From: Klebsiella phage KP182
Sequence record: OM337876.1
Direction: 5' to 3' (one strand)
DNA: 64,000 nt
Under the pieces are notes generated by a model. It was not told where the DNA came from. It worked only from the letters and a program-made list of their open reading frames with translations, and did no database searches. Shown in pieces: positions 45,881 through 56,126 of this stretch. Position 1 is the stretch's first letter. The number at the start of each line of letters is the position of its first letter. The position numbers were made by a program, and so were the translations under genes.

Positions 45881-47838
45881 TGGCTATTAAAGAACCTTTA
45901 AATTATCAGTTAACGCGTACTGCAAACGCTATCCCAGACGCATTTACTGGAGCAACATTCGATGAAATTAAAAATCAGCTTATTAACTGGCTTAGCGGAC
46001 AAAAAGAGTTTCAGGACTTTGATTTTGCTGGTTCGCGTTTAAACGTGCTATTAGACTTATTAGCATATAACACTCTTTACATACAGCAATTTAGTAATAC
46101 TGCTTTATACGAAAGCTTTATTGGAACAGCTAACTTGAGAAGTTCCGTTGTTCAAGCAGCTCAGCAAAACGGGTATTTGCCAAGTTCCAAATCAGCGGCT
46201 ACTGCGTCTATTATGCTTGAGGTAACTCACATGAACCCGAGCAGCACGCTGAGAGTTGTAATTCCACGAGGAACTAAATTTTTAGCATACTCAAAATCCG
46301 ATAAAGCCAACCCATATAACTTCGTTGTTACTGAAAACGTTGTGGCTATTCGTGATAATGACCAAAAATATTGGCCTATTGTCAATTTGGCACAGGGACG
46401 TATTATTCGTACTCAGTTGTCATATGACCCGAAGAAACCTATTGTTATTCGCGACCAATCAATTGACCGCAAGCAGGTTAAGCTGTGGGTGGATGGCGCT
46501 GAATGGACTAACTGGACAGACCGATCAATGGTTCATGCTTCGTCTATTTCAACGATTTATTATATGCGTGAAACCGTCGATGGAAATACAGAATTCTTCT
46601 TTGGTGAAGGTGTGGCAGAAGCATCTGTGGCAGGAGGAGTTCTTGAAAGCAACTTCATTGGTGGATTAAAACCCACTAAAGGCGCGCAAGTCGTTATTGA
46701 ATATATTCGTACTGACGGTGAAGCTGCTAACGGCGCGACTGAATTTAGTTATGCGGATACTCTGCAATATATCGTAGTAAATAGAATCATTGAAAACTGG
46801 TCAGATTCTCCTGATTATGTTGGCGCTGATGGCGGTGGTGAACCTGAAGACATCGAGCGTATTCGTGAGCTCGCCCAGATTAAGCGCGAATCTCAAATGC
46901 GTTGCGTGTCTAAAACTGACTATGAATCATTCGTTAGTTCACGCTTTGGTTCTATCGTACAAGCAGTACAATGCTTTACTGATCAGGACAAACCCGGATA
47001 TGCATTTATCGCAATTAAACCAAAATCTGGGTTGCAGTTAACTGCGGTTCAACGAGAAGACATTCAGGATTATCTAAAACCTTTCTGTCTTGCTCCGATT
47101 ACTCCTTCGGTAATGAGCCCAGATTACTTATTCATTCGTCATAATATTAAAGCTTCTTATGCATTGAATAAGTTGCAAGAATCAGAGCAGTGGTTACAGT
47201 CAAAAATTATAGACTCGATTAATAGATATTACGTTGATGAAGTTGAAATGTTCAACAAAAATTTCAGTAAATCTAAGTTGTTGACTTACATTGATGACAC
47301 TGACCACTCAATCATCGGTTCTTCTGTGGATATTCAGATGGTTCGTGAAATTGTCAACTATTTCACTCTTCCTAGCGCAGGTATTAAATACTATAATACT
47401 ATTACTCCGCGGACGTTACGTTCTGGTGATTTGGTCTTTACTGTTACCCCAACTGCTGAACCGTATTCAGTTAATATCGTTGGAACTGACCCAGATAAAA
47501 ATGGCAAAGGAAATATGGTTATTGGACCATTTAAGCCAGGTGACATTAAAGAGAATACTCATATCCAGCCATATACTGAAAACGATTTTGATAGAACTAC
47601 CGTCGGCGAAAGAACTCGCTGGTATAAAATCGGTGAAGTAGATTATTACGGCGATAACATTTACTGGAGCCTTGGAGCTATTGGAGCCGATCCTCTTCAG
47701 TTTGAAGACCAAAGTATTGAGCTTTATTCTACTCCTACTCAGGATATCGTCTTCGCCCGCGATGGAACACTTATCGTATTTGAGAATGACCTTCGTCCTC
47801 AATACACAACTATTAAATTGGAGCCTATTACAGCTTAA
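45880..47838 (+). CDS. 6: baseplate wedge protein gp6
   Basis: Starts at [11 protein letters not shown] (TAATG overlap with 5.4). About 652 aa against T4 gp6 at 660 aa. Confidence 0.9.
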   Translation: MAIKEPLNYQLTRTANAIPDAFTGATFDEIKNQLINWLSGQKEFQDFDFAGSRLNVLLDLLAYNTLYIQQFSNTALYESFIGTANLRSSVVQAAQQNGYLPSSKSAATASIMLEVTHMNPSSTLRVVIPRGTKFLAYSKSDKANPYNFVVTENVVAIRDNDQKYWPIVNLAQGRIIRTQLSYDPKKPIVIRDQSIDRKQVKLWVDGAEWTNWTDRSMVHASSISTIYYMRETVDGNTEFFFGEGVAEASVAGGVLESNFIGGLKPTKGAQVVIEYIRTDGEAANGATEFSYADTLQYIVVNRIIENWSDSPDYVGADGGGEPEDIERIRELAQIKRESQMRCVSKTDYESFVSSRFGSIVQAVQCFTDQDKPGYAFIAIKPKSGLQLTAVQREDIQDYLKPFCLAPITPSVMSPDYLFIRHNIKASYALNKLQESEQWLQSKIIDSINRYYVDEVEMFNKNFSKSKLLTYIDDTDHSIIGSSVDIQMVREIVNYFTLPSAGIKYYNTITPRTLRSGDLVFTVTPTAEPYSVNIVGTDPDKNGKGNMVIGPFKPGDIKENTHIQPYTENDFDRTTVGERTRWYKIGEVDYYGDNIYWSLGAIGADPLQFEDQSIELYSTPTQDIVFARDGTLIVFENDLRPQYTTIKLEPITA

Positions 47839-48539
47839 TGAAGTATAATGAAATTTATGATAGTTTAATTAAAAGAGGCCTCGAAAGAGGCCTTAATAAA
47901 AAGAAGCTTGATTATCATACAGAAAAACACCACATTATTCCTAAGTGTATGGGAGGAGTTAATAATAATTCTAACTATGTATTGCTAACTCCCAGAGAAC
48001 ATTTTGTAGCTCATCAATTGTTAGTAAAAATATATAAAGATACTAAGTATTTCTATAAGTTAGTTAGAGCTCTCAACGCGATGTCAATGTTTAATGATAA
48101 ATATTCTAGACCCAACGCTAAAGAATATGAATGGGTACGAACTTTATGTTATAATGCTAATAAATTGACTAATGCAGGAAGAAAGCATAAACCTGAAACT
48201 CTGCGTCTGTTCTCGGAGCAACGTACAGGTGCTAATAACCCAATGTATGGAAGAAAGGGCGAATTGTCTCCATCATTTGGTAAAAAGAGGAGTAAAGAAT
48301 CTAATGATAAGATATGGTTAAATCGAAACAGAAATATTAGTCAGAAAGCAAAATATAATATTTCAAAGGGGAAACGAACATCTCCTATATGGAAAGAACC
48401 TATGTATAATGAATTGTTCAATTTATACGTAAGTAATCCGGTAGGAGGATGCGCGTTTAGAACTAAAGCCATGTCTTTAGGATATCCTAATACTTCATAT
48501 CACAGACTAGTACAAGAATTTAAGGAAATTACTCAATGA
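47838..48539 (+). CDS. HNH homing endonuclease inserted between genes 6 and 7
   Basis: 233-aa ORF with TEKHHIIPKCMGG...LLTPREHFVAHQ and GRK/NUMOD3-like motifs. It is a paralog of the ORFs at 41912..42607 and 61029..61616, with start and stop both overlapping its neighbours (TAATG, ATGA). Confidence 0.75.
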   Translation: MKYNEIYDSLIKRGLERGLNKKKLDYHTEKHHIIPKCMGGVNNNSNYVLLTPREHFVAHQLLVKIYKDTKYFYKLVRALNAMSMFNDKYSRPNAKEYEWVRTLCYNANKLTNAGRKHKPETLRLFSEQRTGANNPMYGRKGELSPSFGKKRSKESNDKIWLNRNRNISQKAKYNISKGKRTSPIWKEPMYNELFNLYVSNPVGGCAFRTKAMSLGYPNTSYHRLVQEFKEITQ

Positions 48540-51500
48540 CAATTGCACCGTTCGTCACCAGCTTACGAATTCATAAGCTATCTGCGAATCAGGTCAATAT
48601 TCGTTGGGATGACGTTGGTGCAAACTTCTACTATTTTGTAGAACTGGCCGAAACTCGAAATCAAGCGGGGGAAATCATCCCCGCTGATAATTTGAGTTGG
48701 TCTTCACTGGGTTATACCGCGGATAATGATTGGTTCGAGCAAAATCGTATTGAACCGCTTACCTATTATAAAATGCGTGTTCAAACTACGTCAGCAGGAT
48801 TTGAACCGTCTGAATGGGTTGAAACAGAAGAGTTCCAAACTTTTGAAGAAAACGCGTACACGTTTGAGCATATGCAAGAATTCAGTTTAGTGAAAGAATT
48901 CATTAAGCAGAAGTTTTCTTTAAATAACATGTCGTATGTTAACTTCAACACATCTGCCATGATGGCATCTTTGATGACTGAGTCTTTTCAATTTAGTCCT
49001 GAATATTCTCATTTGTCAGCTATTGAAAACTTCGTAGTAGGTGAATCTGGATATCATGAAATTCAGGGACCTATTGAAGCAGTCTGTGTTGATAAAAATA
49101 GAACCATGCTAGGAGAAATAGACGGAATTTTGTATCTGTTTGAAAGATTCCAACATATGGTTAAAGTATCAAACGATAAAGGACAGAACTGGCAATATGT
49201 TCAGTTATTTAATGACCGTGTAGGAAACCCTGTTTCACGGGTAGTCATTTATCAATCAAGTACCACATCGTATGTTTTAGGATATGATAAAATCTTTTAC
49301 GGAAGAAAATCATCTGACGTACGCTGGTCATCAAATGAGGTTAAATTTAGCGATAACGAAGTCACGTTCGCTAAATTGGGAGACCAGTTAAAATTGGGAT
49401 TTGAAGTAGAGTTATTTGGTACATATGCATCACTACCTGCTGATGTTACCAAATATGCAGAAGCTTTTACATGTAATGATGACCACTTATACGTAGTTGC
49501 AAAAGATACAGTACGCAGAGTTAAATTAAAAGATGCTCCAATAGATACTGACCCTTTAAGCCCTACATTTGGTGAAAAGGTGTTCGAAAAAGAAGCATCT
49601 CATATAACAGGCAATCCTAAATCTGTATGCTTTAAAATGGATTCCGTTGGAGGCAAAATCTTTGCCCTTATTACAGGGGAAGTTAAAACCTTAGGATTAG
49701 ACCCAACAGACCCAAGGAACGTTGTTGATTCTGCAACTAAAGGCGTCTATGTTTATCAAGAAGGCACAAATACATGGAAACGTGTATTCGGTAATACAGA
49801 TGAAGAAAAACGTCGTATAGAGCATTTATTGACATCTATGTCAACTGACGGAAAGGAAATATTCTTTTCATCAGCTAATTTCAAAACAATAGAGTACGCT
49901 CAGGATACTGAACTTGAAGCAAAATACCCAGAACTAATTTCTAGCGCAGTAAAAAACGTTAATCCAATTCAGTATCACTCTGATAAGCATTATCATATGA
50001 TGAGTTTCAGGGCAGATGAATTTTCTGGTTGGGAAACATTTGTTCCTGGTCCTATGAGGTTTTATGCTGAACCTTGGTTTGTATGGATGGCTCGCGAGGG
50101 TAACAGATGTTGGATAAGTACAGCTGACCACGCAGTAGTCATTTATAATGATATTTTTTATCAGAAAAGAATAGACACGGCGGCACAAGGAACTACTGAA
50201 CGTGTTCTTTCGGAAGTGTGGGATAAAGGTGACGCAACGTTTTATTGCCCTCCAGTTTCATTTAATGGATTTTTGCAGTATGCTTCTGGCATCATGTTTC
50301 ACGAACCAGACGGAAAACTGATAGGCTATTACGCATTTGATTATCGTGTTCGTGACCAGGTAACGCTTAACTGGAAACCAACTGATGTAATGTTTAAAGC
50401 GTTTCTGCAGAACCAAACACGGGAAGAAGACTGGACACCTGAACATACTCCAGGCTTACGTGACCCGGATTTACGTCCGTATCTTACTAAAATGATGCCG
50501 GATAGCTACTTATTACAAGATAGTAATTTTGAGCACTTTTGTAAGTACTATCTCCAATTCCTTTCGGATGGAAATGGAACGCATTACAACAGTCTCGTTA
50601 ATCTTGTTAAGAACAAATATCCTCGCGAAGAAAATGCATGGGAATATCTGTGGTCAGAAGTTTATAAACGCAACATTTATCTGAGTAAAGACGCTCGTGA
50701 CGCTGTCGTCCGTTTCTTTGAAGCACGCAAGAATGATTTCTATGCTACCAAAGGAATTGAAGACTCATACAAGTTCTTGTTTAAACTTCTTTATAATGAA
50801 GATGTTGAAATTGATATCGAGTCAAAGAATACGACCGAATATGACATTATTGTAGAGAGTACAAATATTTCTGACGATTTGGTTGGTCGTACGATTTATA
50901 CTGCTTCTGGTCGTAGTAATGTGACTTATATCGAGAGAGAATATCAGGACGGTCGTCTGTTGTGGCGTATTACTATTCACAACTTATCAGGACGATTTAT
51001 TGAAGGACAAGAAATTAAATCGGAACGTACTGACTTCGAAGGTGTCATAATTCAAGGTGTCCGTGGAAAGGATATGTTGAGTAATAACATTGATTATATA
51101 AACCGCAGCCGTTCTTACTATGTTATGAAAATTAAGTCTCAGCTTCCTACTTCTCGGTTCCGCGATGATGTACTGAGATTTGTTCATCCTGTAGGTTTCG
51201 GTTTCATTGGTATAACATTGCTGACAATGTTTATCAATAGCGGTTTAAACATGAAGCATGTTGAGACTATCATAAATAAACTCAAGAACTATAAATGGGA
51301 TGCAGGACTGCCATCAGTTTATCCTGATAGAGTTGCTATTATCGCTTCAGATGATACAATAGAAAGAGACCCAATAACTAATGAGCCTAGGTATTCTTCA
51401 CGTGCTCAAGCTGGTGAACCTTTCCCGTTACCTGCTAACTATAATCAAGAAAATAACAATAGTGTTATCGCTGGACAAAACCCTGGACAACGACGTAAGC

Positions 51501-51634
51501 CGTTGAGCCCTACATTTGACCAATCAGCAGTAACGTTTGCTAATTATCGCGATTTAGTTAACCAACGTCTTAAAGACGATGCAGGTAATCCTCGCGATCC
51601 TGAAAATCCGACACAGGTAAAAATTGATGAGTAA
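48536..51634 (+). CDS. 7: baseplate wedge protein gp7
   Basis: 1032-aa ORF, the same length as T4 gp7, in the collinear position. Confidence 0.9.
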   Translation: MTIAPFVTSLRIHKLSANQVNIRWDDVGANFYYFVELAETRNQAGEIIPADNLSWSSLGYTADNDWFEQNRIEPLTYYKMRVQTTSAGFEPSEWVETEEFQTFEENAYTFEHMQEFSLVKEFIKQKFSLNNMSYVNFNTSAMMASLMTESFQFSPEYSHLSAIENFVVGESGYHEIQGPIEAVCVDKNRTMLGEIDGILYLFERFQHMVKVSNDKGQNWQYVQLFNDRVGNPVSRVVIYQSSTTSYVLGYDKIFYGRKSSDVRWSSNEVKFSDNEVTFAKLGDQLKLGFEVELFGTYASLPADVTKYAEAFTCNDDHLYVVAKDTVRRVKLKDAPIDTDPLSPTFGEKVFEKEASHITGNPKSVCFKMDSVGGKIFALITGEVKTLGLDPTDPRNVVDSATKGVYVYQEGTNTWKRVFGNTDEEKRRIEHLLTSMSTDGKEIFFSSANFKTIEYAQDTELEAKYPELISSAVKNVNPIQYHSDKHYHMMSFRADEFSGWETFVPGPMRFYAEPWFVWMAREGNRCWISTADHAVVIYNDIFYQKRIDTAAQGTTERVLSEVWDKGDATFYCPPVSFNGFLQYASGIMFHEPDGKLIGYYAFDYRVRDQVTLNWKPTDVMFKAFLQNQTREEDWTPEHTPGLRDPDLRPYLTKMMPDSYLLQDSNFEHFCKYYLQFLSDGNGTHYNSLVNLVKNKYPREENAWEYLWSEVYKRNIYLSKDARDAVVRFFEARKNDFYATKGIEDSYKFLFKLLYNEDVEIDIESKNTTEYDIIVESTNISDDLVGRTIYTASGRSNVTYIEREYQDGRLLWRITIHNLSGRFIEGQEIKSERTDFEGVIIQGVRGKDMLSNNIDYINRSRSYYVMKIKSQLPTSRFRDDVLRFVHPVGFGFIGITLLTMFINSGLNMKHVETIINKLKNYKWDAGLPSVYPDRVAIIASDDTIERDPITNEPRYSSRAQAGEPFPLPANYNQENNNSVIAGQNPGQRRKPLSPTFDQSAVTFANYRDLVNQRLKDDAGNPRDPENPTQVKIDE

Positions 51635-52652
51635 TTCAACAAGAGCAAGTTCAACGCGTAGCACGATTTATCGTGCTATCATTACATCTAAGTTCAGAAC
51701 TGAAAAGATGTACACATTTTATAAATCGATTGGTCCGGGAACGGACCAAAACACACTGTATGTTTCATTTGGCAAAAGCACTCCATGGTCAGATAATGAA
51801 TCTGAACCTGGATTTGCACCTCCATATCCCGCTGATAATGGAGATGGGGTAGTTGATGTTTGGACAAATATGATGGGTGCGGTCAAAATTGAATCATCTA
51901 TGCTTGATTGTGTTGTTCCAAGAAGAGACTGGGGTGATACTAGATATCCTAACCCGCGTACATTTTTGATTGGCGACATTGTTGTTGCTAACTCTGCGCC
52001 ATATAACAGAACTGACGCTGGATTTGGGTGGATGGTATATAGATGTATTGATGTTCCAAAAGACGGAATGTGTTCAATTGGAAATCTTACAAGCAAAGAT
52101 GAATGTATTAAGCTTGGAGGTAAATGGACACCATCAGCTATTTCAGGTTCAGCTCCTCGTGGTCGTGGTGATGCAAATGGTACTGTCGATTTAGGTGATG
52201 GATATCTTTGGGAATATCTATATGAAATTCCAGCTGATGTATCAATCAACAGATGCACAAATGAATATATTGTAGTTCCTTGGCCAGAAGAGATTCAAGA
52301 ATCTCCGGCTCGTTGGGGATTTCAAAACAACTTAACATGGCAGCAAAATGACTTTAATTTAATTTATCGCATGAAGTGCAATACGATTAGATTTAAAGCA
52401 TATCTTGACGCAATTTATTTCCCAGAATTTAGTCTTCCAGGAAATACTGGGTTTAGACAGCTGTCAATTATAACTAATCCGCTTGAAGTTAAGCCAATGC
52501 CAAATTCTCCTAACGTTAAGGCTGAAAAAGGCTGGTATAGTGCTTCTGGTCTTGAAAGACAGTCAGGTGAAATGATTTACATGGAAAATCGGCAACCTAT
52601 TATTCGTTCAATGGACCAAACGGAAGAATTAAACTTAATTTTCGAGTTTTAA
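51624..52652 (+). CDS. 8: baseplate wedge protein gp8
   Basis: 342-aa ORF in the collinear position. Confidence 0.85.
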   Translation: MMSNSTRASSTRSTIYRAIITSKFRTEKMYTFYKSIGPGTDQNTLYVSFGKSTPWSDNESEPGFAPPYPADNGDGVVDVWTNMMGAVKIESSMLDCVVPRRDWGDTRYPNPRTFLIGDIVVANSAPYNRTDAGFGWMVYRCIDVPKDGMCSIGNLTSKDECIKLGGKWTPSAISGSAPRGRGDANGTVDLGDGYLWEYLYEIPADVSINRCTNEYIVVPWPEEIQESPARWGFQNNLTWQQNDFNLIYRMKCNTIRFKAYLDAIYFPEFSLPGNTGFRQLSIITNPLEVKPMPNSPNVKAEKGWYSASGLERQSGEMIYMENRQPIIRSMDQTEELNLIFEF

Positions 52653-52682
52653 TTATGGGGAGCCGAAGGCTCCCCATTTTTA
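52653..52682 (+). terminator. hairpin terminator after gene 8
   Basis: GGGGAGCC-GAAG-GCTCCCC followed by ATTTTTAT. Confidence 0.6.
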
Positions 52683-52690
52683 TATAAATA
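52683..52690 (+). promoter_or_regulatory. T4 late promoter TATAAATA for gene 9
   Basis: Exact TATAAATA about 29 nt upstream of the gp9 ATG. Confidence 0.7.
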
Positions 52691-52718
52691 GGACTATACT
52701 TTGATATGAGGTTAACCT

Positions 52719-53630
52719 ATGTATACAGATAAAGGTAAAAAAATAATTGACGTCGGTGAGATTGGTAACGCTTCTACCGGCGACATTCTGTACGATGGTG
52801 GTGTGAAAATTAATGATAACTTCGACGCCATTTACAACGCCTTCGCCGACCAACGATTATTTGCAGCTGGCGGCGGAGCATTGAACCAAAAAATTCATGC
52901 AACAAGCTATTATCAAAAGATAAAATTTGGTGATGCTAACTCTGCAGGGACAGTTCCAATGGGGTCATGCATAGATGCTGATTGTTCAGAAGGTGCAGTT
53001 CAAATACGTCTTTCAAAAGGTAAAGCGGGAGAAGCTGTATTCGTTGTAAATAGTAATGGCTCAGCATCAAAAGCTAGATCCATAAAAATAACAACAAACG
53101 GCGAAGGTGTAGCAGATGCATTTAAAGACGGATCGCGAGAATTGATTATCAACACACCAAGATGTAGAATTGAGCTATGGTGCATTGAAGTCAAAGCTAA
53201 CGGTGCTGCAGTTTGGGATTATTCAATTTCAAGTATGTTTGGCAGCACATATTCGCCGTTAGAAGCTACATATAATTTAACGAGTTCTCCTATTAATATT
53301 CGACTTGGATATAATGATGATTACTCTACTGTTAAATTGCTATTAAGCTTCAGCGCAAATCCAGGTGGTCAAACCATCAAAAGGCAATCATCTGAAGTTA
53401 TGCTTATGATTGACCCGACTATTACTTCGTCAGCACCAAACGGAAGAGTATTTGATACTGAATATGCAGTGTTAAGAAGCGGTGAATCATCTGAAAACGA
53501 AAAGATGTATTCCATTTCATACTCTATTAATGCACAAAAAGATTTAATATGCACAGCTTCAACATCTTATGGAAACGCACGTTTGGCAGTTAAAGTTATT
53601 GCTACACAGACCGTAGGGGTATCTCAATAA
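52719..53630 (+). CDS. 9: baseplate wedge/long-tail-fiber socket protein gp9
   Basis: 303-aa ORF in the collinear position. Confidence 0.85.
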   Translation: MYTDKGKKIIDVGEIGNASTGDILYDGGVKINDNFDAIYNAFADQRLFAAGGGALNQKIHATSYYQKIKFGDANSAGTVPMGSCIDADCSEGAVQIRLSKGKAGEAVFVVNSNGSASKARSIKITTNGEGVADAFKDGSRELIINTPRCRIELWCIEVKANGAAVWDYSISSMFGSTYSPLEATYNLTSSPINIRLGYNDDYSTVKLLLSFSANPGGQTIKRQSSEVMLMIDPTITSSAPNGRVFDTEYAVLRSGESSENEKMYSISYSINAQKDLICTASTSYGNARLAVKVIATQTVGVSQ

Positions 53631-55453
53631 TGAAACAAAATTTGATAGTAGGCCAATCAGTAGATGACGGGTCTGGTGATTACCTCCGTAAAGGTGGTCT
53701 TAAAATTAATAACAACTTTGATGATTTATATTCAGAGTTAGGGGATGGATCAGTTCCATTTGCTGCAGGTGCATGGAAAACTTTTAAAGCTAGCCCTACT
53801 GGAACTACTTTAAATGCTAAGTTTGGTCAGGCTTTTGCTATTAACACACAAGCAGCAAGAGTTAATGTTCAGCTTCCAAAGGGAACAGCTAATGACTATA
53901 ACAAAGTTATTAAACTTCGTGATGTTTGGTCAACCTGGCGATTAAGCCCAATCACAGTTATTCCAGCTCAAGGCGATACATTAAAAGGTTCAGCTTCTCC
54001 TAAAATTTTCAACACTAACTTCCAAGATTTGGAATTAGTTTATTGCGCACCTGGCCGCTGGGAATACATTGAAAATAAAACAGTAGACAAGCTAACTAAT
54101 GGCAACTTAAGTACTGTAGCGAAAAAATCAATTATTGCTACCGCCGGACAGACTGACTTTCTTAACATTTTTGATGGCGTAGATTATAACGAAGACTCAC
54201 TTAACGTATATCGTCGTGGTAATATTTTATATTACGGTGAAACCAGCGTTATGGATAAAGCCAATGCTGATTACGGTTCTCCTGGAACGGTAGCGGGTCA
54301 ATTGGTAGAATTAAACGGTAAAGACATTCGTTTAAAAGTTCCGTGTGTTGAAGGCGAAGTAATAACATTCGAAACCTTCTTAGATGGAATTGGTGTATAT
54401 CGTTCTTCATACAACAAGTTAGCTATCCAGATACGAGATTCAGCCCAGACTACATCCCAGACGATTCCTGGGTCAATTATAGTAGATAACCTTGCTACTC
54501 TCCGCAGAATCACTCTGGATGACATGGGTGTACTTCCAGGCGTAGGGGTAAATCCTAACTCGCTTGAAATTTCATTGAACGGAAAGGAATTACTCGAAGC
54601 TGGAACTGCTGGTCTTCCTTTATTTTATTGCGAAGGCGCAGAAGGCGGATATGCAGAAGACTGTATAAACAACGGTGGTCAATGGGTAAATTCTAACCAA
54701 GATTACAGACTGGAATTTGACTCGACTGGTATTAACGTAGAAGCTATTATTTTTGGTGAAGCGTTCGAGGATAAAGACCTTCTTACTGTTCGTTGGTTCA
54801 ACAACAACATCGGTACTACTATGAATATCGATGATATCATGGCAGAAACTGATCATGTGTATATGAATGCGGAGCAATTAGTAACTCTAAAAAATCGCAT
54901 TGAATACACTAACTATGATGAACCGAATCAGAAAAATATGCGTCCTGTCGCTGATGATGTTATGATTAAAGTCAATAACATTGCAGCATTCTTTGACGTA
55001 ATTTATCCGATTGGTACTATCTACGAAAACGCCCATAACCATGCAAACCCTGCCGATTACATGGGATTTGGTGTATGGAAGCTTTACTCTCAGGGTCGTG
55101 TTACTGCGGGTTGGAATAATGATTCATCTGACCCTTATTTTGCGCGTAACAATAATAACCTAAACGAAAACGGGCAACCATCGTTAACAGCAGGTGGAAC
55201 AGTTGGTGATTTGACATTTACATTAGGAAAAGAACACATTCCTGAGTTAATGTCAAGGGACAAAGTTCTAATTTCAGACCCTGAACATGGCAGCGTAGTT
55301 ATTGGCGGATGTCAATTAGACCCAGACGCGCAGGGACCAGGTTATTCTAAATACCGTGAAGACACTGTTGCAGTAAACAATGGTGTAGTTCCAAATGACA
55401 TCACTAAAATTCAGCCAACAATCACCGTTTATCGTTGGATTAGGGTAGGTTAA
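53630..55453 (+). CDS. 10: baseplate wedge protein gp10
   Basis: 607-aa ORF against T4 gp10 at 602 aa. Confidence 0.85.
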   Translation: MKQNLIVGQSVDDGSGDYLRKGGLKINNNFDDLYSELGDGSVPFAAGAWKTFKASPTGTTLNAKFGQAFAINTQAARVNVQLPKGTANDYNKVIKLRDVWSTWRLSPITVIPAQGDTLKGSASPKIFNTNFQDLELVYCAPGRWEYIENKTVDKLTNGNLSTVAKKSIIATAGQTDFLNIFDGVDYNEDSLNVYRRGNILYYGETSVMDKANADYGSPGTVAGQLVELNGKDIRLKVPCVEGEVITFETFLDGIGVYRSSYNKLAIQIRDSAQTTSQTIPGSIIVDNLATLRRITLDDMGVLPGVGVNPNSLEISLNGKELLEAGTAGLPLFYCEGAEGGYAEDCINNGGQWVNSNQDYRLEFDSTGINVEAIIFGEAFEDKDLLTVRWFNNNIGTTMNIDDIMAETDHVYMNAEQLVTLKNRIEYTNYDEPNQKNMRPVADDVMIKVNNIAAFFDVIYPIGTIYENAHNHANPADYMGFGVWKLYSQGRVTAGWNNDSSDPYFARNNNNLNENGQPSLTAGGTVGDLTFTLGKEHIPELMSRDKVLISDPEHGSVVIGGCQLDPDAQGPGYSKYREDTVAVNNGVVPNDITKIQPTITVYRWIRVG

Positions 55454-55454
55454 A

Positions 55455-56126
55455 ATGACTATTGAAACTAAAACTCGTGAAGGAGCTAAAGTTAATTCAA
55501 AATTAACTGCTTTTTCAGAATATCGTGTAGACCCGCAGAATATCGCTGTGGGAAATAAGGCTCCTATAGGGAGCCTAACCTTTGAACAAATGGATTTAGG
55601 TGTTTGGTATCCAAACGCAGAAGCTGCTATTAATGATTTAATGTCATTACAGTCAGCTGAAATTGGAACTATTATTTGCAATGACACTGGAATATCTCCA
55701 CAGCCAGCACAGCAAATTACTCGTGCTACTTTTTCAGGCGTAGTTTCGTTAGAACCTAAAGAAGACGGTTCTGTTGGTGACCCAGTAATAATTCACATTC
55801 TCGGATTGCCGATTAGAATTGCGAATGGTGATGACTTTGCTGCAGTAGCTACCAGGTGGTATGATAAGGTAAAAGAATTAGAAGCAGTTGGAAAAGTGGT
55901 TCAACAAGTTACTCAATCACCTGCAACTCCTCAGTATGTTGATATTATTCATCTGGATTATCAGAACCATAATTTTGAAACATATAAAAAATATGGTTTA
56001 ACTGTTGAGTTTACTGTTACTTCACCCGCTAAAGCGGGTTATGGACAATGGGACGCTATTGGTAACGAAACTAAAACCTTCGGTGCAAACACATTTACAT
56101 TCCACTATTTTAGAAGGATGGGATAA
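55455..56126 (+). CDS. 11: baseplate wedge protein gp11
   Basis: 223-aa ORF against T4 gp11 at 219 aa. Confidence 0.85.
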   Translation: MTIETKTREGAKVNSKLTAFSEYRVDPQNIAVGNKAPIGSLTFEQMDLGVWYPNAEAAINDLMSLQSAEIGTIICNDTGISPQPAQQITRATFSGVVSLEPKEDGSVGDPVIIHILGLPIRIANGDDFAAVATRWYDKVKELEAVGKVVQQVTQSPATPQYVDIIHLDYQNHNFETYKKYGLTVEFTVTSPAKAGYGQWDAIGNETKTFGANTFTFHYFRRMG